NCBI GenBank assembly: GCA_011390785.1
Contig: JAABRR010000018.1
Location: 13,208-77,207, forward strand
DNA length: 64,000 nt
Direction of reading: 5' to 3'
Origin: Sphingobacteriia bacterium
GTDB lineage: Bacteria; Bacteroidota; Bacteroidia; Bacteroidales; UBA7960
Under the pieces are notes generated by a model, which did not search any database, had not been told where the DNA came from, and was given only the letters and a program-made list of their open reading frames with translations. The position numbers were made by a program, and so were the translations under genes. Position 1 is the stretch's first letter. Every line of letters begins with the position of its first letter. Positions 1 through 10,400 of the stretch are shown in pieces.

Positions 1-140
1 AAATCGGTAATCTCAGTAAGCTGGTGGCCGCTTTCAGATGTTTCAAAAATTTGAATATCTGTTTTTTGGGAAGTGTTACAGCTGCTCATAATGATTAAAA
101 TGAGAGATAAAGTGAGTAAAGGGTAGATGTTTTTTTTCAT
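1..140 (-). CDS. Lipoprotein, 5' part only (runs off the window); possibly a GH30-type glycoside hydrolase
   Basis: Reverse-strand ATG at 140..138 opens MKKNIYPLLTLSLILIIMSSCNTSQKTDIQIFETSESGHQLTEITD, a signal peptide with a lipobox Cys. The opening strand resembles GH30 N-termini and the context is a beta-glucan operon. Only 46 aa are visible. Confidence 0.5.
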   Translation of the reverse strand, partial: MKKNIYPLLTLSLILIIMSSCNTSQKTDIQIFETSESGHQLTEITD

Positions 141-199
141 ACGTCAATTGTTAATTATCAATTAATGTCGTTTAGTTGAAAGTTTAGCACTGCCAGATT

Positions 200-278
200 C
201 CCCCTTTGAAGGGGGTTAGGGGGATATTATAAATTGTACTGCCGTAAATTACATCCCCCCTGCCCCCTTCAAAGGGGG
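200..278. repeat. Imperfect inverted repeat of two C5/G5 hairpin units (CCCCCTTTGAAGGGGGTTAGGGGGAT / ATCCCCCCTGCCCCCTTCAAAGGGGG)
   Basis: Arms at 200-225 and 253-278 are near reverse complements. Each arm also contains its own CCCCC..GGGGG palindrome. The element lies in the 240-nt gap between the GH17 stop and the next gene start. Confidence 0.8.
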
Positions 279-380
279 AGTTGGTTCGGCATGTTGATAT
301 TGTAATTTTCATAAAATTAAGGCATATGTTATGAATGCGATTTAATTATTGCTCTACTAAACGTTATTGAATTATCAATT

Positions 381-1646
381 TTATAACCCGGGATTTATTG
401 CCGGGACTTTCACATCCAGCATCAATGAGTCCTTGTTGCCATTATAAGTCTTGGTGATGGGTTTGCCATCGCGGGTAAGTCCTTCGAAAGTCCCTGCATC
501 CAGTTCATCCCAAAGGGCGTATTTGGCTTGTGTCTGCAGAGTGATGAGTCCGAAATGATTCTCTGAACCAAGTGGATTTGCGGCATCTTTCCATTTTTCG
601 TCAAAGGCTTCAAAATAAAAGCAGGAAATGCCCTGGCTGTTGGTCCAATCACGCATAAGGTCGTGGTAGATAGCGGATTTGTATTCATCAGTGGCACGCG
701 ATCCATCATTTCCGTAATGTTCGTTGGATACCGATGCCCACCCGGTTTCGCCGATATGAACGGGTTTGTCAATATCCATACTTTGCATATAGTTGACTAC
801 ACCCTGGTATTGGCTTTGAGCATATTGCAAAGATCTTTGCATGGCGGCGTCGATTTTCTCCAGATCTGTAAGATCTTGCTCGTCTTCGCTCACTCCCCAG
901 AAATCGGGATTGTAGTGGGTGTCATGCATGGGGTAGGTGTGTATAGATATGAAATCAACGGCTTTGATCAGCTCACTAAGATCATCCAGATGGTATTCAG
1001 CACCACCACCGCCCCAGGATGCGAAATTGTCGGAGCTAGTTATCCAAAGATCGGAGGGCAGCTGGCCTTCTTTTTTCAGGTTTTGAAGATGGTTTACCCA
1101 TTTCAGAATGATGCCCGGTTCTACGTAGTATTGCCAGGCCCAATGTACCATGGCTTCGTTTCCCACAGCAATAATCTTTACGATATCGGGGTACTGTTGA
1201 GTCAGTTCCACGGCACGGGCAATTTCCACGGCATTGCGTTCGCTTTCTTCGTTACGGATGCGGTCGGGCAAATCAGTCCAGGCATTCTTGCAGTCGATCC
1301 ATGCACCCAGCATTACATACATTTCAAAATCAGTATCTTCTTTTTTTAGCTGGCTGATGGCTGTTAGCAGATTGGTCGCTTCATCCAGGTGCACATTGTA
1401 AGTTCTGAGAACTTTGATATCCAATGCCGAAAGAATCTTCATGTCTTCTTTAAGTTGCTCTACAGTGGGTTGGATATCTCTTGTATTCTCACGATAGCCA
1501 CCATAAGAAATGGCCTGATAGTTAGGATTACCCAGTATTTCTGCTGCCGTTTTACTTTGAGTGTCTCCTTTTCCTGGTCCTTGTCCGCAAGAAATAATGA
1601 ACAGCAACGCCAGAAGAGTAACAAAAACAGGGTATTTATTTTTCAT
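381..1646 (-). CDS. GH17 family glucan endo-1,3-beta-glucosidase, lipoprotein
   Basis: Signal peptide plus Cys (LLFIISCGQG). The acid/base region is AVGNEAMV and the GH17 nucleophile signature is HIGETGWAS. The ATG start was verified. Confidence 0.85.
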   Translation of the reverse strand: MKNKYPVFVTLLALLFIISCGQGPGKGDTQSKTAAEILGNPNYQAISYGGYRENTRDIQPTVEQLKEDMKILSALDIKVLRTYNVHLDEATNLLTAISQLKKEDTDFEMYVMLGAWIDCKNAWTDLPDRIRNEESERNAVEIARAVELTQQYPDIVKIIAVGNEAMVHWAWQYYVEPGIILKWVNHLQNLKKEGQLPSDLWITSSDNFASWGGGGAEYHLDDLSELIKAVDFISIHTYPMHDTHYNPDFWGVSEDEQDLTDLEKIDAAMQRSLQYAQSQYQGVVNYMQSMDIDKPVHIGETGWASVSNEHYGNDGSRATDEYKSAIYHDLMRDWTNSQGISCFYFEAFDEKWKDAANPLGSENHFGLITLQTQAKYALWDELDAGTFEGLTRDGKPITKTYNGNKDSLMLDVKVPAINPGL

Positions 1647-1695
1647 ATAATTTTTATTTAGGATATTTTCTTAGGCTATTGACAGGATAAAAAGT

Positions 1696-4600
1696 TTACT
1701 TAAAACGTGAAGAGGGCAGCGAAACTATTATCTGTTCTATTTTGCCCGTCCGGTTGAATATTTGTTGGCTTGTTTGCTTATCCAAAACAAGTGAATCCAG
1801 GACTGATATATCTCTGTTGCTGTAACTAATCTTTAGGGCTTCTTTATTTGCCAGCTGATAAATGACAGGTACCTGGCAAAAGGTAAAACAGAGTGAATCT
1901 GGTTGTAGCTTTATTTGTCGTTGTTCCTGATTCACGTTGATGTAAGTTAAAGTCCGTGCATTTTTCAGCAATTCATTTCTACTGAGAAGAGCGGGGTTAA
2001 AATGTATTTTGCCCTCCTGCACTTTTACTCCCAGCTCTCCCCATCTTACAAGAATGTCTTCCTTTACTTGCCCGGTCATACCTGGCTGTTGGGCGCCTTT
2101 ATGTTGTGGGGTATGCGAATACGGATCGGTAGGAAAAGCACCATATAATCCGGGAGATTTATGTACTCCAATACCTTGGCCTATTTCCCTGTGATGTGCA
2201 ATGAGTCGCTCAATCAGGGCCTGAGCATCTTCCTTTTCAATGGCGCGGATGCAGGCTTCATGAACTGCAAGATGTAGTTTTGAAACCATGTGCCAGTAAA
2301 TAGAACCCAGCCCTTCGTAGGCAAAAAAGGTACCTGAACGGCCAGTGAAAGCTTTGTGGTTAAACACTTCTTCCCAAATACCGGCAACAAGATTTTTTTC
2401 TTTTTCGGCAAGGGTTTGGTATTTTGAGCCATTCATTTCTTTAAGAGCGGCTTTCAGGTCGCGGACATTTTTAAAATTCCCGTTGAAATGAAATTCTCCG
2501 TCTAAATCCCTGTTAAGGATCTGAAGGTTATTATCCTTAATCAATTCCATTAGCAAGGCTGATTTTTCAACCAAATATTGCGGTATGGTATTTTTCTCAA
2601 GGAATCTTTTCAATGCCTTGTTAGGATAAAGGATGTAACTGTTCTGATCTTTACGATATAGGTCACTTTTTCTCAGTGCATCCAATAAACTAACGATTTC
2701 CGTTGTATTAAGATATCCTGAACTGATGGCAGCCACCTGTCCTTCGAGCATTTCGTCGAGCTGAGACAGTGACATTTCTGTATTGCTGATCGAAAGTATA
2801 TTGTATGAATGATACAGGTTGTCAGACCGGCAGTTTTTATTAATTGTATGCTCCAGGTATTGTAAAGAAAGCCGGTTAAATCTGGAGATATTTTCTATAC
2901 CAAGGTTTACTTTTTTACCACTGAATCCTTTTGTGTAAATTGTTTCGCGGTATTTGCTACCCGCCTGGCCCAGCAGATCGGTAATAGCTTTTCTGATTTC
3001 ATTGGTAACATTACCTTTAAGCAGATGCTGGTTTTCTTCCAGTATCACCATCATTTTGTGGAAAAGTTCTGTAAGTTCTTCTGAAACAGTTACCTGAGAG
3101 TTACCAATAGTAGAAAGAAATTTTTCCCAGAAAGAAAAAAATCTTCTCAGATAATACAGGGTAACCATGGAAACACCATTTCCTACAAGTGCATTGTTGG
3201 CATCGTTCCACTCAGGGCGCTGGGTATTCATCCAAATGCCCCCTTCAGGAATGAAATTAGACATTTTGGATAAGGTTAACGTCAGAATTTTTTCCATGAA
3301 ACTTACATGGTAAATTTCACTGTTATGACTTCCCAATAACGAGCCATCGGCACCAATTGTGGTAACTTTCTCACGGATAGTAAGGTCTAGTTTTTCATCA
3401 AAATCGATGGTATTTTTCGGGTCGGTTACTATTGCACTGTATGGTTTGATACGATAAGGTACGTTGGCATACGCAAAGTGATTACTGTTGAGAAGCTTTT
3501 CAAGCGTTTCGGGTTGGTGATCGTTAATAAATTCAAGAAATTTCAATAGATATATCACCTGATGGTCGCCCCAGTAGCCGATATATGACCAGGGGTTGTC
3601 GGGTTCAATTGTTTCCCAGTCGAAGCCACCCTTGGTTATGCGATAGGGGTTGTACCCATCGAAGGTGGAAGCATTCAAAAATCTGAAGATCATTCCTTCT
3701 ATAAACTGCGGATAGGAGTGTGCCAGCGCTTCCCAGTTTTGAAAAATATCGCGCCAGTTGCCTTCGTAATCAAGTATCTTCGACCCATCATTTTCGTTGA
3801 TGGTATTGATTGAGAAGTTATTCCATGGTCGACTGGGATCACCATGCCGGCGACTAAATTTTAACGGCAGGTATTCTATAGAAAGCCTTATAAGGTCGGC
3901 ATCTTCCGTTGCAGAGATCTGATCTTTGAGTGCAGATAGACTGAACATATCTTCCAACTTACCAATTGTATCCTGATTTTTTGCCAGCACCTTTTTATTG
4001 GCACCACCCAGATATTTAATAAAATCATTCTTTTCGATCTGGTAGTTATTGTCGAAAATACCACCGCGCATAATGTTAAACAGCACGTTGGAGAAATGTC
4101 GGGTGTCTTTTCGCATGTCGGCGGTAAATTGCAAACCATCGGCTGAAGCATTAAGTCTGATCAGGTTTTGGGTACCGGCATCGATATCGTTACCTATCTG
4201 CTCATCAATGTTTTGCTTTTCTCTAAGCGATTTTTCCAGTGCAATTATATTTGTATGGCTTTGGTTAACGTTGGCTATAATCTTCCATTTTTGAGTAGAA
4301 TTGCCTGGTAACCTGATTTCTTTATTTACAAAATAGGCTCCTTTTTCTCCTTTAACATCTTGCTCCTGTTGCACCGGCTGTTGTTGCCTGAACGCATTCA
4401 ATTGATTTGAAGAGAGCAGGTAAGAAGGTTTACCAAGACCAATTGACCATGCAATGTTTGCTTTTAGTGCTTCGCTGGGTTCAGCTTTGTCAACAATAAT
4501 AGCACTTAAGGCAAAAATTCCAATGCCCGGTTCCGGAAATAATTCACTCCTTTTGTAGGCATCTACAAGGTTGCTGGTAAGACGCTGCAAATCGCTGCTC

Positions 4601-5112
4601 ACACCGAAAGGCATGATGTTTTGTATACCATCCAGCAGGGCTATTTCCCGTTCTTCCGCAGAGAGGTTGACCAACTCAGATTGTTTAATAAACCCAAACA
4701 AGTTGCTGTTATTCCACTGGTAGCGGAAACCCAGTTTGAGGTCGTGATTGATTTCTTCGAAAAGTATCTTATTGCCATAAATGCTTTTGTAGAGGTTGCG
4801 ACTTAGCTTATATTTTCCGGTAAAGCGCTCTGAAAAAGGTTCCCAGATCATTACATTATTATCTGAATGAACCTGAAAAATTGTTTTACTTCCCGTTATA
4901 TCAGCTGACTCGGTTATTTTATCATCTGTATAGTAGGGAAAAAGAGCATATTCCGGGTTTTTACGTCCCGCTGTTAGTCCGCCATTGCTTGACAAAAACA
5001 TCCAGTGGTTTGAATCGCTTACAATACTCATGAAAAACGGACGCATGGTATCATAGTTTGATATCTTATACCAGGATTCGTTTTGATGTTCTGCAACTTC
5101 CATTTCTATCAT
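1696..5112 (-). CDS. Large cytoplasmic glycoside phosphorylase-like protein (GH94/GH149/GH161 superfamily, probable beta-1,3-glucan phosphorylase)
   Basis: 1138 aa with no signal peptide. RPEWNDANNAL resembles the (D/E)WND catalytic-Asp motif of GH94-type phosphorylases. Size and beta-1,3-glucan gene context fit GH149/GH161. The family was assigned from memory, not searched. Confidence 0.55.
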   Translation of the reverse strand: MIEMEVAEHQNESWYKISNYDTMRPFFMSIVSDSNHWMFLSSNGGLTAGRKNPEYALFPYYTDDKITESADITGSKTIFQVHSDNNVMIWEPFSERFTGKYKLSRNLYKSIYGNKILFEEINHDLKLGFRYQWNNSNLFGFIKQSELVNLSAEEREIALLDGIQNIMPFGVSSDLQRLTSNLVDAYKRSELFPEPGIGIFALSAIIVDKAEPSEALKANIAWSIGLGKPSYLLSSNQLNAFRQQQPVQQEQDVKGEKGAYFVNKEIRLPGNSTQKWKIIANVNQSHTNIIALEKSLREKQNIDEQIGNDIDAGTQNLIRLNASADGLQFTADMRKDTRHFSNVLFNIMRGGIFDNNYQIEKNDFIKYLGGANKKVLAKNQDTIGKLEDMFSLSALKDQISATEDADLIRLSIEYLPLKFSRRHGDPSRPWNNFSINTINENDGSKILDYEGNWRDIFQNWEALAHSYPQFIEGMIFRFLNASTFDGYNPYRITKGGFDWETIEPDNPWSYIGYWGDHQVIYLLKFLEFINDHQPETLEKLLNSNHFAYANVPYRIKPYSAIVTDPKNTIDFDEKLDLTIREKVTTIGADGSLLGSHNSEIYHVSFMEKILTLTLSKMSNFIPEGGIWMNTQRPEWNDANNALVGNGVSMVTLYYLRRFFSFWEKFLSTIGNSQVTVSEELTELFHKMMVILEENQHLLKGNVTNEIRKAITDLLGQAGSKYRETIYTKGFSGKKVNLGIENISRFNRLSLQYLEHTINKNCRSDNLYHSYNILSISNTEMSLSQLDEMLEGQVAAISSGYLNTTEIVSLLDALRKSDLYRKDQNSYILYPNKALKRFLEKNTIPQYLVEKSALLMELIKDNNLQILNRDLDGEFHFNGNFKNVRDLKAALKEMNGSKYQTLAEKEKNLVAGIWEEVFNHKAFTGRSGTFFAYEGLGSIYWHMVSKLHLAVHEACIRAIEKEDAQALIERLIAHHREIGQGIGVHKSPGLYGAFPTDPYSHTPQHKGAQQPGMTGQVKEDILVRWGELGVKVQEGKIHFNPALLSRNELLKNARTLTYINVNQEQRQIKLQPDSLCFTFCQVPVIYQLANKEALKISYSNRDISVLDSLVLDKQTSQQIFNRTGKIEQIIVSLPSSRFK

Positions 5113-5167
5113 CTTACCTGCTTTGTCGGTTTTATTGAGTGTATTTTCTTCCTGGGGTTTTTCAGAC

Positions 5168-5210
5168 TTTGCGCTGAGTTAAACACAATCTTCATTTAAC
5201 TCAGCGCAAA
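5168..5210. other. Perfect 16-bp intercistronic stem-loop (TTTGCGCTGAGTTAAA / TTTAACTCAGCGCAAA, 11-nt loop)
   Basis: The arms at 5168-5183 and 5195-5210 are exact reverse complements. The element lies between the GH16 stop (5219) and the phosphorylase start (5112). No U-run follows it on the coding (minus) strand. Confidence 0.85.
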
Positions 5211-5218
5211 TTCATTCA

Positions 5219-6061
5219 TTAATTAGCTTCCTGATAAACCCTAACATAGTCGATGACCATGGTTTGTGGGAAAGGTGTTTCAAGTGTTGGGAAACCCACA
5301 TAATTACCGCCCACTGCCACGTTGAGCAAAAGGAAGAAAGGCTGGTCATAAACCCATTCGCCGGGCACATCGTCGCGTTCGATTCGCTGGTAGAGGAAGT
5401 CGTCCACAAAGAAATCGATCTTATCTTCGTCCCATTCCACAGCAAAGATGCGATAATCGGTATCAAACCTGTCGTTGATCAATCCGTAAGATTTGGTAAT
5501 GGGATTTCCTCCTGAGTAGCCCGGCCCATGAATGGTACCATGAATAACATGAGGTTCCTGTCCACGAAGTTCCATAATGTCTATTTCGCCACATTGTGGC
5601 CAGTTAACGGTTTCGATGTTTGAGCCGAGCATCCAGAATGCGGGCCACAAACCAGGTCCGTAGGGTGTAATCATACGAGCTTCGAAGCGGCCGTATTGTT
5701 GTTCAAACAGGCCCTGTGTTTTTATACGGGCAGAGGTGAATTGAGAACCGCTAAAGCTTTCGCTGAGAGCTGTGATTACCAGGTTGCCTTCGCCATCCAT
5801 TGATGCATTTTGCGGGCGGTTGGTATAGTATTGCAATTCAGCATTACCCCAGCCACCATCTCCGGTTCCAATGTCGAAGGTCCATTTGGTATTATCTGGC
5901 AGTGTGCCTGCTTCGCCATCAAAGTCATCACTCCAAACCAGTTGCCAGTTGCGTTCTTCCAGTTTTTGAGAATCATCGGGGTTGCATCCTGTAAAAGAGA
6001 AAAACAGAACGAAAGCAGCAAGAGCCCCAATTCTTTTATTGATTTTATCTATTGAGTTCAT
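5219..6061 (-). CDS. GH16 family laminarinase (endo-1,3-beta-glucanase), lipoprotein
   Basis: Lipobox FSFTGC. The GH16 catalytic motif is GEIDIMELRG (ExDxxE). WSDDFDG and GWGNAELQYYT blocks are typical of GH16 laminarinases. Confidence 0.9.
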   Translation of the reverse strand: MNSIDKINKRIGALAAFVLFFSFTGCNPDDSQKLEERNWQLVWSDDFDGEAGTLPDNTKWTFDIGTGDGGWGNAELQYYTNRPQNASMDGEGNLVITALSESFSGSQFTSARIKTQGLFEQQYGRFEARMITPYGPGLWPAFWMLGSNIETVNWPQCGEIDIMELRGQEPHVIHGTIHGPGYSGGNPITKSYGLINDRFDTDYRIFAVEWDEDKIDFFVDDFLYQRIERDDVPGEWVYDQPFFLLLNVAVGGNYVGFPTLETPFPQTMVIDYVRVYQEAN

Positions 6062-6073
6062 ATTGTTTCGGAT

Positions 6074-7474
6074 TTATTTAAAGAAATAAATGTTGTCTGC
6101 ATAGAAATTGGTAATGCTGGTACCTTCAAAAATGATCTGGCCCAGGTGAGCTCTGGATGCTAATCCAGTGAAGCTGGCCAACGGGATTTCCAGCGTAATC
6201 CATTGTTGTGAGACAAGGGTTGGTGGTGTAAACGTAAGTCTATGTGATGAATTGTCGGTACCACCAAACACACCATCAGCTCCAAAATCAACCAACTCTA
6301 TCTGAAATCTGGCACCCGCCGGTACCGGATTGGGTAGATAGATGTTGATATGAAAATGGGTCATTTGGGTTGCATTAACTGTAGGATCGCTAAATTCTAT
6401 TCCAACAAAATTGAAATTGGTATAATTGAGAATAAAATCACCATCTACTTCAAAATCTTCGGAAAGGGTTGTTTGCCATGGTTCCCAGTATCCGTTATAG
6501 TAGTTAACCTGAATATTGGGATAGGCTTCAGTATAGATGGAAATAACATCTTCTGGTGCATGTGTTGGTGTGGGGGCGTGCTGGAAGTCGCCTCTTGAAT
6601 TAACGGTTAACGAACCATCAGCTTCTACACCCCCAATGGTAGCCGTAATTACGGCTGTACCTTCTGCCATTACTGACACATTTCCGGTTTCATCAACCGA
6701 GGCCACAGAAGGATCTGAAGAGGAAAATTCGGTGTAGGCGGATGTTATGTTTACCGCCTGATTTAGGCCTGTTGGCATGTTAAATATGGATTGCAATCCG
6801 TCAATTTGGCGGGTAACTCCACTGAAAGATGTTTCGCTCAGGTCTTCACCATTTAAAATGGCAAATTTTGGATGGGCTATGGTACCTAAGTTTTCCCATT
6901 TAAGTTCATCAATCCAAAAAGTATAACCCTTGCCATCTTCAGGGCCTTCAGAGTAGAAGAACATACCACGTTCTGCAGTTAATTTTGATGGATCGGGTAT
7001 GGGGATGATGTATTTTTTCCAGTTGGTATTTACATTTACCCCGGAAATAGTTGCCTGGTAGCGTGATTCGCCCAAGTCGTTTCCAAAGCCTACCAGGTCG
7101 ATAGTAGCAGCTTTTGAAGCTTTTGCCCAAAAAGATAGTGCTGTGAAGCCTGACAAATCGCGAGGCGAGCTGGTAAAATAAACACCTCCGGCATAAGCTC
7201 CATTAGGATCGCCGGCATCTGGCACTTCAATTCGCATAGATGCTGCTGAATTGTTGTAAGTGGTTTCATTATCAACATTAAAAGCGGTAGGAACAGAGCC
7301 GCCAAAGGCTGCATATTCAAGCCCCCCACTGAATCCATCAATAAAAACATCTGGATTAGCCGAATAGGTAGCAGTTTCTAATTCTGCAATGTCGCGTTCA
7401 CATCCCATAAAGAAAAAAATGGCAATGCTTGCGACAGCAGGAAGAAAATATTTTGAAATTATTTTTGCTTTCAT
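6074..7474 (-). CDS. Surface glycan-binding-type lipoprotein (Big_2 Ig-like domain plus CBM-like beta-sandwich domains)
   Basis: Lipobox FFFMGCERD. The Big_2-like segment is SVASVDETGNVSVMAEGTAVITATIGG. The CBM-like C-terminus is HLGQIIFEGTSITNFYADNIYFFK. The ORF-track start at 7498 is TTG, so the ATG at 7474 (MKAKIISKYF...) is preferred. Confidence 0.7.
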   Translation of the reverse strand: MKAKIISKYFLPAVASIAIFFFMGCERDIAELETATYSANPDVFIDGFSGGLEYAAFGGSVPTAFNVDNETTYNNSAASMRIEVPDAGDPNGAYAGGVYFTSSPRDLSGFTALSFWAKASKAATIDLVGFGNDLGESRYQATISGVNVNTNWKKYIIPIPDPSKLTAERGMFFYSEGPEDGKGYTFWIDELKWENLGTIAHPKFAILNGEDLSETSFSGVTRQIDGLQSIFNMPTGLNQAVNITSAYTEFSSSDPSVASVDETGNVSVMAEGTAVITATIGGVEADGSLTVNSRGDFQHAPTPTHAPEDVISIYTEAYPNIQVNYYNGYWEPWQTTLSEDFEVDGDFILNYTNFNFVGIEFSDPTVNATQMTHFHINIYLPNPVPAGARFQIELVDFGADGVFGGTDNSSHRLTFTPPTLVSQQWITLEIPLASFTGLASRAHLGQIIFEGTSITNFYADNIYFFK

Positions 7475-7487
7475 ATTTTGTGATTTT

Positions 7488-10400
7488 TTAGTTGCCAATA
7501 TTTATAAGGACATAGGTTCTGATTTCCCATTCGTTGCCATTGTCGAAACCAATAGCTGTAGGATCAGGAACCAGGGCTCCACTTCCGTCAATGGTTTGTG
7601 TGGGTGAATACCGGGGTGAGTACTGATCAAGTGTACGGAATGTTCCCCTTATGCCGATGCGTGTATCGGGAAGTTCGAACCAATCTGGTTTTCCGAGTGT
7701 GGTTGAGATATCAGCCATTAACTGAAGAGGGAAAGTAAGGTTGAAGTCGCGGTGGTAGTCGTATGGACCCCAGTCATTTACACGAACAAAGGAGTTTAGT
7801 CTCACCTTTTTATAGATCATGCGCAGATCCATACCAATGCGGTTGATGGTGCGTGGATCGCTACCGTTGGCCTGTGCTTCCCCACCATAAATGTTGGCGA
7901 TCCATCCGAACTCTGGGGTTAGTTTGGAAACCAACCTGGCGTGAACCTCCCAAAGATCCTTGGCAGGGGGAGAACCTGGAAAAGCAAAGGTGGTACGTCC
8001 GTCGGGTAAAATACCGATTGCGGCATCCATGGTAGTTGGGTGATGGCGGTAAACGAAACCTGCGCTTACGGCAAATTCAGCATCTTCTGCGCGGTCGCTT
8101 TCCCAGTCATACATCCATGTTTCGGGTGTGGGGTCGTAGGTAAAGAGAATTTCACCAGCTATGGTTTCTCTGTTGGAGCGCACCACGAAGGGATCTTCGA
8201 GAATATTACGAGGGCGGCCTGGTGCGGCCACGTCATTAGGTATTGGGCCAACAATAGGCTGCTGCCACATGAAGTTGGGAGCGATTTGCAAATCACCCAA
8301 TATCACGTTGATACCTGAAAGGAAGTTGTATTGGTTACCGCTACCGCTGTCTTTGAGTCGCCAGCCGGTAAAAGTGCGGGTATAATCGGCACCACCCTGA
8401 GCAACAAGTCCCATAACAGCAGACTGTGCATACCAGTTGATATTTCCTTTCATATAGGATAATTTGATTTTCCCCCCCCAATTGTCGTTGCTGTTAATTT
8501 CATCTACATACACGTTGTTGTCACCTTCTTCATCGCTTACCATTTGAAATTCACGACCCTGAAGGGGTTGTCCGGCCCATATACCACCAAGGTCTAATTC
8601 AAAATTACCAAACTCTTTGTTGGCGTGTAAGGTTACCCGGCGGGTTTTGGGCTGTGGAATGGCAAAGGAACTTTCCGTAAGCCCCAATTGATCAAGGTCT
8701 TCGTGGTATATACCAGAGAAGTTAATTCCTGCCAGGCTCTTGCTGTATTTTAGCAATAACGCGGGGTTGGCACCCCACCATAATTGAGGGCCGAAAGCTA
8801 GTTTCAGTCCATCAAACTGTTTCTTTCCCTCCATTTCAAAACCAAAAGGGGCTACACCATTATATATATCTATCTGAGGGCCGTAGTTGGCTTCCGGGTA
8901 TAATCCAAAAAAATCGCCTTCATAACCCCAATGGTAGTGGCCGGTGCGATAAAATCCATCAAGATTGAAATATTCATGATTCCATTGGTAGCTGGCACGA
9001 TATACCTGCAGTCGGTTGATCGATTGTAAACTTACATTGCCATCAGTACCTCTTACAGTTACCGGCCTTCCACGATTTTCATAGAAGATCTGGTCGATAG
9101 GGTTTTCAGCTACATTGCCCAGGATGTTAAATTCTACATTGGCCCTGAAATTGGCTGAAGGATTGGCTTCCACACCCACAAAGAACGATTGCATATCCTG
9201 AAAACCCAGTTGATTGGGGTAAGTGGTATTGCTGGGTGCCGGATTATCAGGTGTTGTGATCAGGCTTCCACCTGTATTAAAAGTAGTTAGCTCAGCAGTG
9301 AGGCGGCTAAGGCGAATCCTTCCGTTGCGTTCTGCATTCAATGCAGCCTTATCGCCTCTGGCTTTCAAAAAAGATTCTACTACCTGTATGTTGCTGAAAT
9401 GCTCATTTAAAGAGTTGAGAGTTTTTCCAGGAGCGTAAGGATCAAACTTGTGTGCTTCCTTTAAAGCGTAATATGCCGCTCTTGGATACAACTGGTAAAA
9501 GCCTTTATCGTTGGTAGGTCCTTTGGCGCATATGCCGAACCACTCTTCGTTCATATTATTCTGGCCGGGCACGTGGTCAAATTCATAACCACCGTTTTCC
9601 CACGATGCATTATTGTCGTGTTGGCTTAGTCCTTCTGTTTGGCCAAATTTCCACCATCCATCGCTAAACTGGAAGCTGAAACCACCAATGGAATTGCCTG
9701 CTCTGCCAAAACCTGCAGCATTTTCATATACATCTTTCCAATTGTTTACCTTGTAAAAAGCCTGTGCTTGCTGATCTTCCTGGTTGGTGACAGCATTAAA
9801 AGCATCGGAACCGAATTCGGTAAGTAATACCGGTTTGCCATATTCATCCCTTACACGATCGAAGAGATCGGTAAAAGTAACTCCTCTGTATGTGTTGATA
9901 CCGAGGATATCTACTTCAGGGCACTCTTCGGCAATGATGTCAAGGAATAAAACATCGCCGTTACAAATTGCTACAGGAACTGAGCCGTCTATAGATTTTA
10001 TTTTCATGCTCGCTTCGTTCATCAATCGATACATAGGGCGGCCCCGATTTTCACCTACAGCTTTTATTTGGTCTTCCTGATCAGGAAAGTCTTCTGTTTC
10101 GGCACCGGCCCAAAATAAGCCATAGTTGTTTTCATTACCAAGAAGAAAGAGCAAAAGCCCTGGAGTGCCTTTATATTCATCAGCCAGTTGACTTACTTCA
10201 GCAAGGAGAAGATCTTGTGTAGCGGCATCATCGTAATGCGTTACAGCTACCCACGTTCCGTCAATGGTCAAACCATAGCGCCCAAACGAATGATTCAACA
10301 TTGTATAGATACCGTAGTTTTCATATATATAGGTAATCCACTTCGGCTGAATTCCTGTATATACACGGATGGCATTTACTCCCATGTTTTTAAGAAGGGA

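Noticed and set aside
422-1661. ORFs of 116, 228 and 90 aa overlapping the GH17 gene in other frames or on the other strand
   Set aside because: The GH17 frame has clear catalytic motifs and a lipoprotein signal. The alternative ORFs have no motifs and implausible composition.
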